Positions 41,105-59,769 of a stretch of 64,000 nucleotides of DNA are shown here, piece after piece. This DNA is from Eledone cirrhosa (Eukaryota), in the NCBI GenBank assembly GCA_964016885.1, contig OZ024750.1, positions 33,108,001 to 33,172,000 of the forward strand, written 5' to 3'. The translations under genes and the position numbers were made by a program. Below the pieces are notes generated by a model. It was not told where the DNA came from. It did no database searches and saw only the letters and a list, made by a program, of their open reading frames with translations. Positions within the stretch are counted from its first letter, which is position 1. Each line of letters starts with the position of its first letter.

Positions 41105-41817
41105 AACTTTGTAGGGTGAGAAGCAATAAATTGGCAACAGCGATACAAGCAAATATCTATGCCATATACAAACATACATTTTTTTAATTATATAGTCATG
41201 TAGAGTTATAGATCTTAATACTATTCTATGTAGAGTTATAGTTCTCAATACTATTCTTTACCCACGTATCAATGACAGGATTCCTTAGAGTCTAATGTAT
41301 CCTGTCTTGGTAGCACAGTAAAATAATTAGAAATTAATAGAACTGTTTGGAAAATAATCGAATTGTCAGAAATGCTAGGGCACCGAAATAAACTCCATTG
41401 TTCCTATTCAGTTTAATATCAATAAATGTTGCTTTCTAATCTATTTTCTAATTGCGTGTTGCAAATGGCCTTTAATTTATTCAACATCTTAACCCCTGTA
41501 TTTTCCAAACCACATTTACTGCTGTTTTAATACCTATAGCATGGCAGTTTCTCTCTAATCCTTACTAATCCATACTAATAATTATTCATTACTTCATTTG
41601 CTGGGATTACTAATGTCTTCTTTCTCAGTTTACGTTTAAAATGATAATTGAAGTGATGGAAGTTGCATTCTATGATTTCATATAAGTGAAACTCTAATTG
41701 TGGTTTGAGTGAAATATATTAAGATGTGATATGTGTTTGACATTTCACCTTATTTGCATGATAATTTCCTTATAGAAGGTTTATTTATTTTATTGCTGTT
41801 CGTTTATATGAAAATGA

Positions 41818-42356
41818 TGGTTTATGGTTAAGGCACAAAGCCAGTAATTTGGGTGAGAGGAAAGTCGATTAAATCTACCTCAGTGCATTACTGGTGCTTT
41901 ATTTTATCGACCCTGTAAGGATGAAAGGTAAAGCTAAACTCTGGAGGGTTGAAACTCAGAATGTAAAGAGCTTCAACTCTATGCCACAAAGCATGTTGTC
42001 TGATTTTGGGGGAAAGAGAAAGTCGATTAAAACGACGCCAGTGTATTACTGGTACTTTATATTATTGACCCCGTGAAGATGAAATGCAAAGATAACCTCG
42101 GCGGGAAGTGAACTCAGAATGTAAAGGGTCATAACTAAATACTACAAAACATGGTGTCTGACGCTCTACCGATACTGCCAATCCACAGATAATAATAATT
42201 GTTTCTACTTTTGGCAGAAAGCCAGCAAATTCCTCCAGTGTATTACTGGTGCTTTGTGTTATCGACCCCGTAAGGATGAAAGGCAAAGTCAACCTGGGCG
42301 GAATTTGATTTCAGACCGTAAATGGCCGTGACGTCCGACCCTTTACCGATACTGCA
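41818..42356 (-). mobile_element. Three tandem SINE copies
   Basis: Three GATGAAA(G/T)G cores with heads and tails. Confidence 0.82.
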
Positions 42357-42694
42357 ATAACAATAATGTTTTATAAATTTCGTATTACCGACTTTCCATT
42401 TAAAATCCTATTCTTCATCGGTAATAATAATTTTCTAGAATTTCTTTACAAATGCTAATTATATCATTAAGTAATGTTATCTCATTCTTCTGTCTTAGTA
42501 TTCTCTAATGGTTCCCATTATCAACGAAAAACAAGGGAGCTTGTAAATGAAACCAGACGGAAGTAGCTTATATAATTTGTTCTCAATGTTCAATTAGAAC
42601 ATCATTAGTTAGATAACGAACGACAGCGAATAGAAATTATTACATGTAATACAAACACACACTCACACATATATATGTGTGAGTGTGTGTATGA

Positions 42695-46410
<3,716 letters not shown>

Positions 46411-47494
46411 GCGTGGTATGCATATATATGTTAATATAAATGTATCTATAACATTTTCCGGAATCCTATTGTGTATCCAGATAAGAACCTAATTGATATT
46501 GATATACTAGTTAGAGTAGGTGTAAGATGGGATAGCTACACCTATCTAAATCAACTCTCTAATTAACGGCTCCATATTATATTATCTACATTACTTGGGA
46601 TTATTTAAAATCATGCACGCAGTCTCGATACTTCTCTCTAATGGTTTCTCTAATCGATTATAATGTGATATGTGATCTTTATCTTTGCGAAACCTGGAAT
46701 TACAAACGTAAAAGGATACAAACCAAAATACTTGGTTTTCGTTGTTTTCTTTTTGTTGTTGTTGTTTTTTTTGTTGTTTTTTTTATTTTAACAGATTATT
46801 ATCAGAGATATTCCATTTTAGAAGCTTTCATTGATAACATTAGGATGATGCAATATGTTGTAATATATTAGAAGCTGCATATTGTGATCATATTGTAAAA
46901 GTAACTTTTAGATACCAATTAGCGCTTGATAACATTAAACAGAGCATGTATCGAGTAAGTTTGGTACCCACTAATTTTATCAAGAATAATCGTTTCATAA
47001 CATTATCTGTGAACATAATAAGCGACTCCCACTGTTATGTAGATAATAGATACTCTTGTAAGAAATGAATAAAAATAATTGCTTAATCTAATGATTGCTT
47101 ATATTTAGATAATAAATAAAATCAATGCATTTTGCATAAATATACAACATGTCGATTGAGTACAATGAATAATTATATATCTCAACTGCGTCTTTAACAC
47201 GGAAGTATAAATATCATTTTTATATATTATTTCACAACTAAATTTTCATCGTTGATCATTGGGTGAATGTCTAACTATCGTCGCTTCATAAAACGACAGT
47301 TCATACGAAAACGTCACGGTGAGGAAATCTACTTTTCGACTCGATAATCCCATGAAACCCAAATGTTTTCCAATAGGTTGAACACATTAGTCTAAAAATT
47401 AGCGTTATAAATGGCAAAAACTAAGAAAGAATTATTTGAGAATATAACAGGAAGAAAACTAAAATAATTCTGACAATATTATTAATTGGTTAAA

Positions 47495-47760
47495 CATTCA
47501 GAAAAAGAAAGCAACATTGGAAAGGGCTATAAATGACATAAATGAGAGGAAAAGGAGAGAAAGAGCAAGGAGCGCTAAGCAGAAAAAGGGGGAAGGGGAC
47601 AGGGTGATAGACTTGACACTGGTGTTTCCGCTGCATCCTATGGAGAAAATGACAAAGGCAATTTCTGCGAATTGCCAGTGACACCCGCTGCAACAGCCAA
47701 TCCACCTCACGAGGCTCTTTCCTCTAACGAACTGCTATCTTTCTAAAATAATCTGTGATT
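47495..47760 (-). pseudogene. CRE-clade non-LTR 3' fragment
   Basis: Minus strand EVDWLLQRVSLAIRRN; paralogous to 59770-60210. Confidence 0.6.
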
Positions 47761-48380
47761 AAATATTTCATTTAACAACTATGTTTTCCGTCTAGGTTTC
47801 GGCTGTATTTATGTGATAAATAAAATGTGCAATGTCTTTACAGACAAATGTAGTATTAAACGCAGAAGAAATACTGAAACTGTCGCAGCTTCTATTTAAA
47901 TGTATAATCAACCAAGAGCCGTTAATCATTGCTGAAGTTTCAATGATTTTGTCTGTCCAAGTCCAGCGATAATTGTGCACAATCGAACAGTAAGCTGCCA
48001 CACAATTAGCAACCATTTTGAAATGGCGGAAAGTGGAAATACGTGTTTTTACACGAACCCCTAAAAGTTTTGGAGACTAGTTAAATATAAAAAGGTAATT
48101 TATCATTCTGTAAAATAATAGAAAAGGAAACAAAAGCGGTCTCCGCATTTGTATTGAATTTGTGTGCGGTCAATAATCAAGTAGATATAAGAGAAAGGAA
48201 AATAGCTGATGTGACACAATACTGTTATCAAATTCACAATACAATAGCGGGTTTCAATACATAAGTGTAGTAGAGAGAATGTTATTGTATAAAACAGGAT
48301 TAACTTATTCATGTAAAACATTCAGATATATAAATTTGTTGGATGGAATTCTAAACGAAAGAGCGAGAACAAGTAATAGC

Positions 48381-48412
<32 letters not shown>

Positions 48413-48562
48413 ATGTGTGTGTGTGTGCAACATGCAAACAGAAATAACGAAGTAAACGTCACAGTAGATATATATGAATATATATATATATATTTATATA
48501 TTGAGCAGAAATTAATAATACATACACACATATACACAATCAAACACAGACATGACCCCCCC

Positions 48563-48596
<34 letters not shown>

Positions 48597-48654
48597 ACCA
48601 GAAATTAATAATTCAAACACACATATACACAAACAAACACAGACATAACCCCCT

Positions 48655-48689
<35 letters not shown>

Positions 48690-48966
48690 AATCTATATGT
48701 ATATATATATATATTGTGTGTATGTATTATTAATTTCTGCTCGACACACTTGATTGCTACATTATATTTAGATGTATGCCTCCGTATTGACCACAATGTT
48801 TATTATAGTCGAAATCCCACCTGTCTTTTATCACGATAAGATGGAACTAACATCGGCCATCTTATCTACTCACCTGGTGAAAACCAGTCGCATGCTATGC
48901 CATAATAAAAAATGTAATGTTCAATACATGGTCCTGTTTTGAAACCTAGGAATAGATACACACATG

Positions 48967-49024
<58 letters not shown>

Positions 49025-49034
49025 TACACACATG

Positions 49035-49066
<32 letters not shown>

Positions 49067-49299
49067 TGGCTTCTATTATTAGCATGTCAAACTACCAAGC
49101 CCGCGCTTCCTCTGTTGCCTCGATGGCTTTAAACAGTATAGAGCCGTTATCGAAATCTCTGACATGGAAATTCATGAAAAGGTTTTAGTGAAACTGTTCA
49201 TAGGATACAAATAATATCATCAAGCTGGAACAGGGTTTCATTCCTTTAACTTTACTCTTGGTAGAGTCGTAGGAGTGCTATAGTGTCATAAACCATTTC

Positions 49300-49650
49300 T
49301 TGGGCCCTTTTAAAACATGACGGAGCCCATCCACACCCCAGGTTTGAACATAGTCGTGTAGTTTTGGCTTATATACTGATGATTGTCTAGCTATCACAAA
49401 TATCACCAGTGGAAATACAAGATATAATACAACTTTCGTAAATAGTTCAGCTTAAAAATTGCTACAGAGAATAACAGCTGTATGCTTTCTAGATATAAAG
49501 AATAAAACATAGACACTCTTTAGTGAAACTAATGAAAGACTACATTAGATATATGTTGGATTCTGTCACGCCGCCCCTTCATACTCAAAACGTTGCCCTT
49601 CCCGTTGAACATCAAAAGCCAATATCAGAAAACTTTCCTAGCGTTAATGG
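49300..49650 (+). pseudogene. Highly decayed Penelope-like RT fragment
   Basis: YTDDCLAIT and CFLDIK remnants in the expected order. Confidence 0.4.
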
Positions 49651-50171
49651 AAAATAACTTTCCCACAAGCCATATATATATAGAAATGTTTGATTAATAA
49701 ATAAACTTCAAAATATTTTAAACAGGATTGTTGAATACAAAAGCGGTAACAAGAAAGAGAGCTGTATGCTATTTTCGAAAATTCAATAGAACGTAATTTC
49801 AGAAATTTTTGCAAAAGCTTTTGCTTTCGTTAATCTTTTTAAAATGACACAAGAAAGTAAAAGACTTGCATGAATAATACGTTAAGAGAGGACAATAGAG
49901 CGAAGAGTTAAATTGAAATAATCAATATGATTTGCATCATGCTACATATTTACTTCCACAAATTCAATTTAAAATATGCCGAAAACATCTGCTTCAAAAG
50001 TAAAATTGAGGAGTGACAAAGAACATAGTATGATTCTTCTTAGTTTTATTTTATTGTGAAACAATATAAAATAACACACGAAATATCATTTGCAGTTGCA
50101 TTTAAACTGATAACTATTTCGTGAGCTTCTACATATTTATAGACTAAAGGAACAAATATGATTTAAGAATA

Positions 50172-50340
50172 TTGGTTTCTGGTCTAGGCACAAGGCCAAC
50201 AATCTTGCTAGTGGAAAAGTCGATTAAATCGACTCCAGTGCATCACTGGTACTTTATTTTTAGACCCCGTAATGATGAAAGGCATTGCTAACCTTGGCGA
50301 GATTTGAACTCAGATCAAAAAGGGGCGTAACGCTATGCCA
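50172..50340 (-). mobile_element. SINE, 5'-truncated
   Basis: Core and tail present. Confidence 0.75.
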
Positions 50341-50959
50341 TCACTGTCATGAATATTAATATCAAAATCCTCATAATCATTATCTAGTCAATGCTATCAG
50401 AAATGAACATGCAACCAATAATGGCATTTAAGAAAAACCCGGATTATTTCGTACATAAAGACCCACTTCAGTCACAAATGACCATGGGATTTGCATCTAG
50501 AAATTTCCCCTCAAAGGCACAAGTTCGGGCAAGATTGTTTGTGAAAGACCAGCAGCAGCCATGCATACAAGTTTCCCCGCTCCACGCCACCGATGTCCAA
50601 ACTAGTGTAACGTCATTTAACACACTAACACCCAAATATAAAAAAGCATGTATTCATGCTTAATTAAGCATGTTTAATCATATGTTCTTGGTAACAAATG
50701 ATTAAACGCACACAGCTTTTCATATATATTTTGTATTTGTTCATGTTTCGTTGGTAACCATGTTAATACACTGGCCATAGTTGAAAGCATTGCCTCGTTT
50801 AAACATAATCATACGATATGCACCGTGTATGTGGATGGTATACACCATTATATGAAAATTTTACCCGTCATAGTGGGTACAGCGAAAGGGATTAAGAAGA
50901 AACAATGATAAACTAAAACAAAATACGTATAAAGATTCAGTATTGCGAAAAGTACACAT

Positions 50960-51200
50960 AAACCTGCTAGCAATAAAGATAACTCCATTTCTAGATGTTA
51001 ACATCCAGATAGAAATTAACAGGCAACTCACGACTGTTTACACAGAAAAGCTAATAAATTTCTAAACCCATTTAAAGACAACGAACCACGAAAGGGATAG
51101 AATATGCCAATAACAAAATCCCTACTAAGAAGAACATTTAAATTCTTCTCCTCAAACGAAAGAGAAAAAGAAAGGAGTTCGCAGAATAAAATTAATTCTA
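50960..51200 (+). pseudogene. Decayed Penelope-like RT thumb fragment
   Basis: PFLDVNIQIEINRQLTTVYTEK resembles the PLE motif LPFLDV...TTVYRKPT. Confidence 0.45.
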
Positions 51201-51937
51201 ACAAAATATAAGACTAAGCAATAGAAGATTACAAACATACATATAAGGCAATAAATTGCCGAGAGATTACACCCGTTAAACCAAACAGCTTACAAATGAA
51301 AAAGTGTATTACATTATTCAAATGGATGTATTTTTAGTTCCCTGAATCAGGGTATGTGGATGTAACGTAGTGAAAGGGATATAGCAGTTTCGGCATAAGA
51401 AAGCAGCTCAAGCGGAAGAGAACCACCATTCTGTTCATGAACATTTTAAAGATAGTGGAGCTTGAATTCAAGGGACGTTCAATGGAAACGCTACTAGAAG
51501 TATACTAGAAATACCGGTAAACTGATGTTGATGCGATCATGGGTTCGCCTGCACCCAGTAAAGACAATTGTTAAGAGAATAGAAAATTCCTATAAAACAT
51601 AATTTCAAGTTGGAATATCATTACCGAAACATTCTACAGGTTGCCAAATTAATTGACTTTAAAATTATTACAAATAATTCAAAATGGGAGATCTGTGTAC
51701 ATTATATAATGATATATTTAATAATGAGACAATGAGAATGCAATGAAATTAATTAAATATAATTGTAAATATTTCTGATTTCTAAATGAAAAGTAATATT
51801 TACGTTCAATTGAATCAAAACATTGATAATTAATAAATGTATAAGGAAACTTTAAACTGAACTCAGGCATATATTCCACATATTCTGTAATAACTACTAA
51901 TGGCGTATATATATATATATATAAATTCTTATAATGA

Positions 51938-52297
51938 TTCTTGATATGAGGGAGAAAAAATAACGATGTTCTCTCACAGAATTCATTCCCTCAATTCTGT
52001 GAGAGAACATCGTTATTTTTTCACCCTCATATCAATAATTTGAAGACAATTCATTTTCACCTGATGAGATCCGTGATAATCCATCATGGCTTCACAATCG
52101 AACTATCTCTTATTGGAACATGTGTCGTGATTAAAAGATTGGAATTTTACCTTCGGATTTTCATTTTGAGACTTATACTCCGTTTTACATCATCTAGCTG
52201 TTCCCTCGAATGGAATTGGAGATATACAAAAGCGTGGAGAACTTAATATTGCTAACATAAAGTTATTTTACCATTTGACACAACCAATAATGCAACT

Positions 52298-52300
<3 letters not shown>
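51938..52300 (+). mobile_element. Family B pseudo-LTR module with hairpin 5' end and decayed hammerhead (52057-52130, GAAA to GGAA)
   Basis: Homologous to 23713-24168; inverted repeat 51941-52035. Confidence 0.75.
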
Positions 52301-52339
<39 letters not shown>

Positions 52340-52406
52340 AAGGTTTAGTAAATAATGAAAAAGTTTCAAAATAAATTTTAAAAAATTGACTTTACCTACT
52401 ATAGTT

Positions 52407-52490
52407 ACCTTTACCGATCGGTTTCGAATCCCAAAAATAAAACGGAGACCATACGGCCTTCGTTGCAAAGAAAGATTCTCGTCAGAAGGT
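52407..52490 (-). ncRNA. Type-I hammerhead ribozyme
   Basis: Minus strand ACCTT-CTGACGA-GAATC...GATTC-GAAA-CCGATCGG-TA-AAGGT. Confidence 0.87.
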
Positions 52491-52889
52491 TCTTTTCATT
52501 CAAAGAATATAAAATTCCTGAATTTAAATCACAAACTAGCGCTATCAAAAACTGTTCCTGGGATGAGAGTGGATGATGTAGAACAGGTTTATCAAGGGCC
52601 GTAGCAAAGATAGAGGCAAAAGGAGGTAGGTCAAACTAGCCACAGCTATTACTATCAGCAGTCGGAATGACCAAGTTTGTTCTCAACGTTAGTGGAGGTA
52701 GTAGTAATATGAAATACGTTCCTTCACGCACAAGGCGCCAAGGTACGCATGTATTGTCCAAACAAATGCCAGTGTGGTTCAATGGCGGGTTAATAAATTA
52801 ACGAGCCAGAACAAATATAAACAAGGTTTAGTAAATAATGAAAAAGTTTCAAAATAAATTTTAAAAAATTGACTTTACCTACTATAGTT

Positions 52890-52973
52890 ACCTTTACCGA
52901 TCGGTTTCGAATCCCAAAAATAAAACGGAGACCATACGGCCTTCGTTGCAAAGAAAGATTCTCGTCAGAAGGT
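52890..52973 (-). ncRNA. Type-I hammerhead ribozyme (second tandem copy)
   Basis: Identical to 52407-52490. Confidence 0.87.
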
Positions 52974-53072
52974 TCTTTTCATTCAAAGAATATAAAATTC
53001 CTGAATTTAAATCACAAACTAGCGCTATCAAAAACTGTTCCTGGGATGAGAGTGGATGATGTAGAACAGGTT

Positions 53073-53112
<40 letters not shown>

Positions 53113-53162
53113 AAGAAAGAAGAGTAACATGGTTGGCTGTACAATAAGGGCTTTATTCAAAG

Positions 53163-53266
53163 TGCTGACAATTGTTTCGTTGATCTGGTGCTTCAAGAGT
53201 TCGCTAATCGCTTGATGCTGCGTCAATCAATCTCCATTACGTAGTTTACAACCTGTCATCAGAGCA
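53163..53266 (-). ncRNA. Type-I hammerhead ribozyme with expanded stem II
   Basis: Minus strand TGCT-CTGATGA-CAGGTTG...CAAC-GAAA-CAATTG-TC-AGCA; GUC site; AATAAA just downstream. Confidence 0.72.
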
Positions 53267-53418
53267 AGTGGATATGAAAATAATACGCAAGGCATGGCTT
53301 TTATAGAAGAGTGGTGTTAAACTAAAACAATAACATCAGTAACAAAAACCATCCACCACACGGAGTACTCTAACTCGACTACCTCTAAGTGGATAACCTA
53401 TAACGATAACTTGTTATC

Positions 53419-53469
<51 letters not shown>

Positions 53470-54170
53470 TATATATATTATATTATAGTATATTATATTA
53501 TATTATCATATTATATTATATTATATTATATGTGAAATAATGATTTACCATTAGATGATGCATCTTAACTTATATTTGCAACAATAGTGATTGAAAAAAA
53601 CAGTGGGGGATTTTATGTAATGTCATATAACATACGTTATATATCTACAGACAAATCGTGTTGTAACATATTTTACAAGACAAGAAAAAACATTTCTACA
53701 GAAATAAGCAAGAAAATTCAAAGATATTAATGCAAAGATCATATAAGGAACTTTAAGTAAATTCATTTCTGAGAAGGATTTCATATTGTTCCCATAGGTA
53801 TCTTTAAAAACATGATATTGAAACCTTATTCCAATGCACCACATGAAAAGAGATATCTATTTATGGGAGATACATACTTTAATAATAGCCATTTTTTCTC
53901 ATATGTGCATGGTAGTAAACATTTTTAATCTGCAATCTTGTGATTTTGAATTCAATTCCACTTCCAATATTTTGATGAAGTAATTTCATTAGAACTTCAG
54001 AATAATGAAATCTATGTTAATGTTATTTCATGGACGGAATTGGTTCGAAGTTATATATTAATTGTTAAGAAGGGGTCTCTTGCAGCTCATAACCTATAAC
54101 GTATACAACCCCCAAAATATACATATGCATATACACTCACGCACACAGATACACACACACACACACACAC

Positions 54171-54216
<46 letters not shown>

Positions 54217-54302
54217 ATAAATATATATAAATATATATACATATATATACATATATATACATACATATATATATATTTATTTATGTATATATATATATAT
54301 AA

Positions 54303-54569
54303 TATATAAGATCAAAAGATGGTTAAAGGAGTTCCATGTATTTTATTATGCGCATTTCAAAAACAAACATCATCATGCAATAATATTTGTGTTTTAATCA
54401 GATAAAACAGGACATGATATGAAGGCTAAAAAACACTTGTGGATAGTGCAGTTTTAAATCAACCATCTTTTGATCTTATATATTATGTATACTCCAGTCC
54501 TACAAACTGTAGAGTGCTTCTTATCCGATATCTGCATTGCTTTATTGTACTACAATAAAACTCACCTCC

Positions 54570-54573
<4 letters not shown>
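54303..54573. mobile_element. Family A pseudo-LTR module; hammerhead at 54341-54407 (-) has core mutation CTGATTA
   Basis: Near-identical to 4654-5060, but the inversion junction deletes the second hammerhead. Confidence 0.8.
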
Positions 54574-54618
<45 letters not shown>

Positions 54619-54679
54619 ATATAAATATATATAAATATATATACATATATATACATACATATATATATATTTATTTATG

Positions 54680-54727
<48 letters not shown>

Positions 54728-54778
54728 AATAAATATATACATATGTATATATATATATATACATAAATAAATATATAC

Positions 54779-54823
<45 letters not shown>

Positions 54824-54861
54824 TATCCATATATATATACATACATATATATATATTTATT

Positions 54862-54927
<66 letters not shown>

Positions 54928-55426
54928 TATATAAATATATATACATACATATATATACATTTATATATATATACATACATACATATATGTATATAATTAT
55001 TCATGTGTATATGTATATATTTATTTATATATACATATATACATTTATTTATATATACATATATATAAGTACCGACTTACGGCCATAACTGTTACTCAGG
55101 CTCACAATATTGCTTAACAAACTTTAGTGAACCTACAAACTACCGTATTCCATTGAAGTATCTAAGTATGTAGATATCTTTTAACCAAACTACATTACTA
55201 CATTCATGTTGCAGTCAATGTGATAACAGGATATTGTACGAAGCGTTATTGGTACAACTTTTAAAGCCGCCAATCTGAGACTATGGGATGATCGATAACC
55301 CATCCGATCCATTTTTTTCTAACTGCTATTCTTTATTCAACTGAAAGAGAAGATAGTTTCTACTATTGAATTCTAATATTTTACATATATATATATACAT
55401 ATATATGAATATATATATATATATAT

Positions 55427-55474
55427 AGGGCGGTGCCCCAGCATGGCCTCAGCCAGATGGCTGAAACAGGTAAA

Positions 55475-55477
<3 letters not shown>
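55427..55477 (+). repeat. Short dispersed repeat, probably a SINE 3' tail (inverted paralogue 60551-60600)
   Basis: GGGCGGTGCCCCAGCATGGCCTCAGCC.GATGGCTGAAACAGGTAAAAGA at both loci. Confidence 0.7.
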
Positions 55478-56340
<863 letters not shown>

Positions 56341-56397
56341 AAATTAGAATTGGAGCTCTGAAATAGCAATATATATATGGATGTATATATAATGTAT

Positions 56398-56704
56398 TTT
56401 GCAATAGACTTTATGCTTAAGTAAAAGCATTTTGAAGACCGTATGCTATTGTTTTAGAGTAGTGACAAATTCACTTACTTTAATCTCAGCAAACAGGGGA
56501 GATTCTATAAGAATATAACATCAGTAATCTCAGTAGACAGGAGGGGTAGTTAGCCTTGATAAGCTTCAACAAAAGCGAAACAAGGCGCTTGGCGGCTTAT
56601 CTCCCCTGTTTGCTGAGATTAAAGTAAGTGAATGTGTCACTACTCTAAAACAATAGCATACGGTCTTCAAAATGCTTTTAATTAAGCATAAAGTCTATTG
56701 CAAA
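56398..56704. mobile_element. Pseudo-LTR-like inverted repeat (56398-56503 / 56600-56704) with decayed hammerhead 56552-56597 (+)
   Basis: AGCC-TTGATAA-GCTT...AAGC-GAAA-CAAGGCGCTTG-GC-GGCT between the arms. Confidence 0.65.
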
Positions 56705-56828
56705 GTATATATATATATATATATATATATATGGGGTGGGGGTGGAATAATATATATATATATATATATATAAAATATTAAACAAATAATGAACAAACAA
56801 TTCCTTATATTAAACAAAAAAAGTTCAC

Positions 56829-56973
56829 TATTTAACGATCGTTTCTAGGGTATATATGTGTTATAATTGGTATGCATATTTAACAGATCTATGTACAAAA
56901 TTATACAAAATTATACAAATTATCAAGATTAAATATACATACCTAACTCATATATACGCCGTCTTCAGAAATA
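56829..56973 (-). ncRNA. Type-I hammerhead ribozyme with very long stem II insertion
   Basis: Minus strand TATTT-CTGAAGA-CGGCGTATATATG...CATATATACCCTA-GAAA-CGATCG-TT-AAATA. Confidence 0.7.
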
Positions 56974-57131
56974 ATAATCATTATTTGTTTAATATTTTAT
57001 CTTGACTCTGTATACCGTTTATCTTTCACCGAAATTGGATTTTCATTACATCTCTTCTTTCCATGATATCCGGAATACATTGAGTTCTTCATACGGATTG
57101 GACACTACCGTAAACTTTTGGTAGATTTATC

Positions 57132-57164
<33 letters not shown>

Positions 57165-57167
<3 letters not shown>

Positions 57168-57950
57168 AATGAAAAATGGCGTGCTGTGTTGTTGTAAATG
57201 TGATATACAAATTAAATGAAGAATTAGAAATAGAAGCCAGGACTATCCGTCATCAGTGATCTACTAGCCATCATAGGTATTTCTTCGAGCGCGAACAATA
57301 ACTAAAATAATTGGGTGGAGAAAGAGAGACAGGTGAACAAACATGATGGTTAGGCAACGTAAAGAGTAAAGAGAGGAAAAGGAGAAAATCAAGTCTGTGA
57401 TTCATTTGAACATAAGAACTTGCGAGCAATGACGAGAAGACGAAAGACCATTCGTACCGTGCAAAGTGTGAGCGAGAAAAGAATTTCGTACGGTGCCGGA
57501 CGTAGATCACTGATGGCGGATAGTTCTGGCTTCTATTTCTAATTCTTCATTTAATTTGTATATCATATTTGTAACAACACAGCACGCCATTTTCATTGCT
57601 ATATGCTTTCCCCTTCGCTGTGACCTGTCTTTTTCTCTTCCCTTTCTCTCTCCTTCTCCCCTCTTAGTCTCATTCTCCCCCTCTGCTAGCCACCCTCTCT
57701 CGGTTAGCCTCTTCCTCACACTTTCACTCACTCACTCTCTGCCTTCTCACCCTTTCTCACTTCCTCCAACGTACGAAATTCTATTCTCGCTCGCACTTCG
57801 CACGGTCCGGATGGTCTTTCGTCTTCTCGTCATTGTTCGCAAGTTCTTATGTTCAAATGAATCACTGACTTGATTTTCTCATTTGCCTCTCTTTACGTTG
57901 CCTAACCATTCATGTTTGTTCACCTGTCTCTCTTTCTCCACCCAATTATG
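57165..57950. repeat. Doubly inverted duplication of a dispersed element (related sequence at ~61555-61990)
   Basis: 57165-57266 is inverted relative to 57502-57598; 57306-57494 is inverted relative to 57768-57948. Confidence 0.75.
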
Positions 57951-59769
57951 TGTTAGTGAAACAGGCAATGAAGGCGTATTCTAGTTTGACAAGACCGTGA
58001 TCCAATTTACATAATATGGTTTTGTGTCTCGCTGGGAATATTAATTGTCAAATCAATCAAACATTTATTACATTAACTATAGTAAAATAAATCATATTTA
58101 ATTAGATAACTATTAAACTTCGCTTCTTATCTGATTTAGAAACATTTTGTTGTCGTGTATAACACTATTAAATCTACACTGATTCGATTCATCACTATCT
58201 TGTTTCATTTATAATAAACGAAGAAGCAAAGCAAGTATTTGGGGATATAAATTATAAATGTATTTAATTGCAGACTGAATAATTGATGAAATTAATTACT
58301 TTAATCTAATCAAATTTCAGACGTCCATTGTAGCTTCCATTTTTATAGAAATAGTGCGGAGAGGATCCACTATAGTTAAATCTGAATGGAAATCAGAAAA
58401 ATAAAAACAAATATTATTAATTTTACAAATTGGAATATAAAAGAATTGTTCAGGGGATTTGTCAAAACATATTAAGCCAGTTGATTTGAAAATAAAAAAG
58501 AATATTGAGAATATATATCAATAGGTAATGTAGAAATTTTTCCCTCGAGAATATATCTCTGTCTTATGTCTTAGCATTCATGTAAAAGAAGTGTAAAGGA
58601 TCCGACAAGCAAATAAATAAAGTCGGTAGTATATGATCACTTATGTCTCACCATAATTATACTTGCCAGGCCATTAACTTGTATCGATTCTTTTATGAAC
58701 ATATACCGAGAAAATTGGATCGATATTTTCAGATTATTGCTTGGTATTCGGAAGCATTTACTTGAATGAAGAAACGTGATGGAAAACGACAAAAATCAAT
58801 AAAGGTTAGTGGCAACGTCTCTTCCTATCTGCCAAGTTCAGAGAAAACTTGATAGGATCATGAGTTCTCACATATAAGACATGAAATATGAGAAGCGTGT
58901 ATGTGTTGCTTCTCTGTTAGAATAATTATATGGTTCCACTGGATTCGTTAACCAAACTGCATTTACTAAATCAATCACAATCGGAAGAACTTGAAGACAG
59001 GGATGGTGGGAGTGTTGTTGGTGTGATATACTAAATGCATGACTATAATTTGTTCTAGAATGATCTGATTTCAAATTCCAGTGAGGTCACCTTTACCAAT
59101 CACCTCTGCAGAACTAAAACTACCGACACGAGTGTTAAAGTTTCGTCGATTTATTCAACGATATAGTTCATTTCTTTAAATAGTAGTTAATCAATATTTT
59201 CACAAAGTGAATAAACATCAACATTTGAATAGAATCGTAATAGATTCGTCTAAAACTAGAAAATGAATAATTATGTAAATAAAAGATGCCTAAGTTGTAT
59301 ATATTCTGAAAGATGACACGCGATATTTCTTGAAAATCACGCATTCTTAATGATATATTTCAACACAACACTTCATGATAAAACTGCGATGAAAAGAATA
59401 CGAAAAATATATATTTTCCAGTATTATTTTGAAGTAAATTGCAGGCTTCTGACTCCTATCTTATGAATAATAGTTTCCCGGTAATCATAATCATCACAAG
59501 CTGTTTCTATTTCTCCAGAAATCACTGCGACGTATAGAATATTTTTACGCACGTCTTTTATAAAGATAACTATGAATTATCGTGTGGTAAGGAAAAGTTG
59601 AAATGAAAATATGTGACTGACGCCTTCGAAGTATTTAATTTTACACACTTCTGTTTCTCAATGTAGAATATTTGACATTTCCTTACTGATTCCTTCATCA
59701 CTGATTTTGTGTTATAAACATACGCTCTCTGATAAGATCAAAATTAGCTGAATGATGCATTTACTTTTA

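Larger units (their letters stand above)
52330..53077 (-). mobile_element. ORF-less tandem (483-bp period, ~1.55 copies) with a hammerhead in each repeat; PLE pseudo-LTR or retrozyme-like
   Basis: About 260 bp (52332-52592) is repeated at 52815-53075; (TA)n on both sides. Confidence 0.82.

Noticed and set aside
40817-41187. Poly-L/T/V ORFs resembling signal peptides or mucins
   Set aside because: (TAG)n microsatellite translations
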